64,000 nucleotides of DNA from Patescibacteria group bacterium. Its GTDB lineage: Bacteria; Patescibacteriota; Microgenomatia; UBA10105; UBA927. This document shows, piece after piece, positions 61,890-64,000 of this stretch (position 1 is the first letter of the stretch; every line of letters begins with the position of its first letter). The notes under the pieces are model-generated. The model saw nothing but the letters and a program-made list of their open reading frames with translations. It had not been told where the DNA came from and made no database searches. The stretch covers positions 131,715 through 195,714 of the forward strand of contig JBBTWJ010000005.1 of assembly GCA_038062895.1 (NCBI GenBank). The letters are read 5' to 3'. The position numbers and the translations under genes are program-made.

Positions 61890-62594
61890 ATGAGTACTGA
61901 TAATCATACGTTCGTCTTATCCCTCGGAGGATCGCTCGTTGTTCCCAACGGCGGCATTGATACCCAATTTCTTTCCGCATTTAATACGTTCATCCGTAAC
62001 CAGATCTCCTCCAAAAAGAGGAGATTTTTTGTGGTGGTTGGGGGCGGGGCTACCATGCGGCAATACCGCGATGCGGCAAAGGTGGTTTTGGACGGAAAAA
62101 TAGCCAATGATGATCTGGATTGGCTGGGTATCCATACGACACGATTAAACGCGCATCTGATCCGTACGATTTTTATCGATATAGCCAACGCACACATCAT
62201 TGAACACTATGATCAGCCGTTTGAAGCAACGGAAACTGTAGTGGTTGCTTCCGGCTGGAAACCCGGATGGAGTACGGATTATTGCGCGGTGACGCTTTGC
62301 AAAAACTATGGAATAAAAGCGATGGTGAATATGACCAACGTCGACCAGGTCTATGACAAAGACCCGAAGAAATTTCCTGATGCCAAACCGCTCGTTGCAA
62401 CAACATGGAAATCCTACCGGGTTCTGGCTGGGGACAAATGGACACCGGGACTCAATTTGCCGTTTGACCCGATTGCAAGCAAACTCGCCGATGAACTCGG
62501 CGTGACCGTTAAGATCCTCAATGGGAATAACCTCGATAACCTTGCAAAAGCGCTGGATGGGAAAGAGTTTAAAGGGACGACGATTGCGAGTTGA
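61890..62594 (+). CDS. pyrH: UMP kinase (amino-acid-kinase fold, archaeal/short type)
   Basis: 'FVLSLGGSLV', 'VVGGG' and 'ASGWKPGWSTDYCA...TNVDQVYDKDP' motifs. Confidence 0.75.
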   Translation: MSTDNHTFVLSLGGSLVVPNGGIDTQFLSAFNTFIRNQISSKKRRFFVVVGGGATMRQYRDAAKVVLDGKIANDDLDWLGIHTTRLNAHLIRTIFIDIANAHIIEHYDQPFEATETVVVASGWKPGWSTDYCAVTLCKNYGIKAMVNMTNVDQVYDKDPKKFPDAKPLVATTWKSYRVLAGDKWTPGLNLPFDPIASKLADELGVTVKILNGNNLDNLAKALDGKEFKGTTIAS

Positions 62595-63067
62595 GTATGT
62601 CTGGTGTCTTTATAATTTTTCTTGTTCCCCTGATTTCTGTCGTATTAATCTTCCTCGCCAAACGCGTGACAACGGTAACTGTACTACTGATCGTTCTATT
62701 GTGTTTTACAGCCGCTTCAGTTGTTGGACCAACGCTCGTTTGTCAAACAAAAGAACTTATTCAACCCTCTCTCACACCAAGAGATTTCTGTGATATGGGC
62801 TTAGGAGCCTTGGTGTTTATTCCCTCAATTTTATTTGGGTGTATTGTGACGCTTTTATTATTTTTTCATGTACTTTTCTTAGTCTGGATATCATATAAGG
62901 ATGGAAATAATCACTGGGTAGCTGATGTACAGTGGAGACTGGTGGGGATGATGGGTATAATCGGAACGATCGTAATTATTTTTCTTAACCCATTATATCG
63001 AGAACTATCGATGATTTTATTTGCGGTACCATTGCAGCTTATTGGGAATGATACAATAGTCCGATGA
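62591..63067 (+). CDS. integral membrane protein (4-5 TM helices), hypothetical
   Basis: Hydrophobic ORF overlapping the pyrH stop and abutting the recF start. Confidence 0.4.
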   Translation: MSMSGVFIIFLVPLISVVLIFLAKRVTTVTVLLIVLLCFTAASVVGPTLVCQTKELIQPSLTPRDFCDMGLGALVFIPSILFGCIVTLLLFFHVLFLVWISYKDGNNHWVADVQWRLVGMMGIIGTIVIIFLNPLYRELSMILFAVPLQLIGNDTIVR

Positions 63068-64000
63068 TGCTTCAGAGTATCGTACTCCAAAACTTCCGAA
63101 GTTATAGTAAAAAAACGTTTGCGTTTTCTCCTACAACGACCGTCATTGTGGGTCCCAATACGGCCGGAAAAACAAATATTCTCGAGGCGATTGCGTTTCT
63201 TGCGACAGGGAAAAGTTTTCGGGCAGACCAGGATAGAGAGGCGATTAGGTGGGGGGAAGAGCTTGCGCGAGTACGCGCAAGAATTTCCAATTTCCAATTT
63301 CCAATTTCCAATGAAGAAAAAGATAAAGAAGAGCTAGAGATAGTTATTACGCAGGGGGAGGTGCAGGGGGCGAGGGCATCAGCCTTGACCGCCGTCAGGC
63401 GAGGCTGGCCGATGAAGAAATATCTGGTCAATGGAGTGGCGCGGCGGATGGTCGATTTTGTGGGAAATCTGCGGGCCGTTCTTTTTTGGCCGGAACATCT
63501 GGAGCTCGTCACCGATAGTCCGTCCATCCGACGGAAGTACCTCGACAGCGTCCTCGTCCAAGTAGACCGCGAATACCGGAGAAACCTCTCTTCCTACGAG
63601 CGGGGCCTGCGGCAGAGGAATCGGCTCCTTGACCTCATCAATGAAGGGAAGGCAGGGCGGGGGCAGCTTTTGTTTTGGAATCAGCTCCTGATTAAAGCAG
63701 GAGGGTATATCACCCAGAAGAGGGAAGAGTACATTCACTTCGTGAATCAATATCCAATGACCCTGCCTCGCCGGCAGGCAGGTAATGCCCAATATCAAAT
63801 TGAATATGATAAGAGTGTGATATCGGAGAGCCGGCTGGAGCAGTATAAGGATGAGGAGGTGGGGGCCAAAGCGACACTCGTTGGGCCGCACCGCGATGAT
63901 TTCATCATCGCGAAATATCCAATTATCCAATTATCTCCCGCGAAGCGGGATCTCGCTCCGCGAGACAATAATCCAAACGAAGCCAATAGGTCACGCGAGT
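63064..64000 (+). CDS. recF: DNA replication and repair protein RecF (3'-truncated by the window end), with in-frame repeat insertions
   Basis: Not in the ORF track because it has no stop in the window. Reads 'MMLQSIVLQNFRSYS...VIVGPNTAGKTNILEAIAFLATGKSFR' (Walker A) and 'GPHRDD'. Contains the TTTCCAAT and TTATCCAA repeats in-frame. Confidence 0.8.
   Translation, partial: MMLQSIVLQNFRSYSKKTFAFSPTTTVIVGPNTAGKTNILEAIAFLATGKSFRADQDREAIRWGEELARVRARISNFQFPISNEEKDKEELEIVITQGEVQGARASALTAVRRGWPMKKYLVNGVARRMVDFVGNLRAVLFWPEHLELVTDSPSIRRKYLDSVLVQVDREYRRNLSSYERGLRQRNRLLDLINEGKAGRGQLLFWNQLLIKAGGYITQKREEYIHFVNQYPMTLPRRQAGNAQYQIEYDKSVISESRLEQYKDEEVGAKATLVGPHRDDFIIAKYPIIQLSPAKRDLAPRDNNPNEANRSRE

Overview
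The window is a gene-dense, roughly 50% GC bacterial segment. The gene content fits a reduced-genome, salvage-dependent bacterium: small, tightly packed and frequently overlapping genes, three purine-salvage phosphoribosyltransferases, nucleoside kinases, a B12-dependent ribonucleotide reductase with no B12 synthesis genes, and many small GIY-YIG and toxin-antitoxin genes. Calling it CPR/Patescibacteria-like is inference only.

Housekeeping genes I recognise with confidence:
- rplY/ctc (ribosomal protein L25), nth (endonuclease III), epmA (EF-P lysine ligase) and efp (elongation factor P).
- gapN-like aldehyde dehydrogenase and guaA (GMP synthase).
- An nrdR-nrdJ-pduO operon: the NrdR repressor, an adenosylcobalamin-dependent ribonucleotide reductase, and an ATP:cob(I)alamin adenosyltransferase.
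- idi (isopentenyl-diphosphate isomerase), ftsH, a 5'-3' exonuclease, udk (uridine kinase), pyrH (UMP kinase), ppdK (pyruvate phosphate dikinase), and a 3'-truncated recF.
- A tripartite trpS (tryptophanyl-tRNA synthetase with an N-terminal editing-like domain and a C-terminal tRNA-binding domain), with a tRNA-Trp gene directly upstream.

RNA and regulatory features:
- tRNA-Ile(UAU), tRNA-Met(CAU) and tRNA-Trp(CCA).
- A cobalamin-riboswitch-like leader directly downstream of nrdJ-pduO. It precedes a GNAT acetyltransferase, a 632-aa very basic protein and a coupling-protein-like membrane ATPase (VirD4/TraG/TrwB-like). I rate this the most interesting candidate system.
- A promoter-driven, roughly 450-nt highly structured candidate ncRNA ending in a perfect bidirectional terminator.

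Accessory content:
- Four type II toxin-antitoxin pairs: Phd-VapC, DinJ-RelE/ParE, MazE/AbrB-Doc and excisionase-HTH-PIN.
- Three small GIY-YIG nuclease paralogs, plus Fic, a tyrosine recombinase flanked by two tRNA genes, and an AT-rich segment carrying small membrane peptides and an ATP-grasp ligase.

Recurring sequence themes:
- Single-gene or few-gene modules bracketed by 25-36 bp direct repeats that duplicate a gene terminus with synonymous-type divergence. Examples are the trpS 3' end around a TA cassette, the guaA 3' end, the glycosyltransferase 5' end, and the nrdJ-pduO module.
- Dispersed short tandem repeats of 8 and 9 bp units, found in intergenic DNA and in-frame inside coding sequences.
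- A GATGAGCACWTGAT motif family upstream of nrdR, at the ftsH 3' end and inside the exonuclease gene.
- A 29-bp perfect palindrome sitting in-frame in two unrelated genes.

No rRNA, no CRISPR array and no reverse transcriptase were seen. All assignments rest on motif recognition by eye and should be confirmed by searches.
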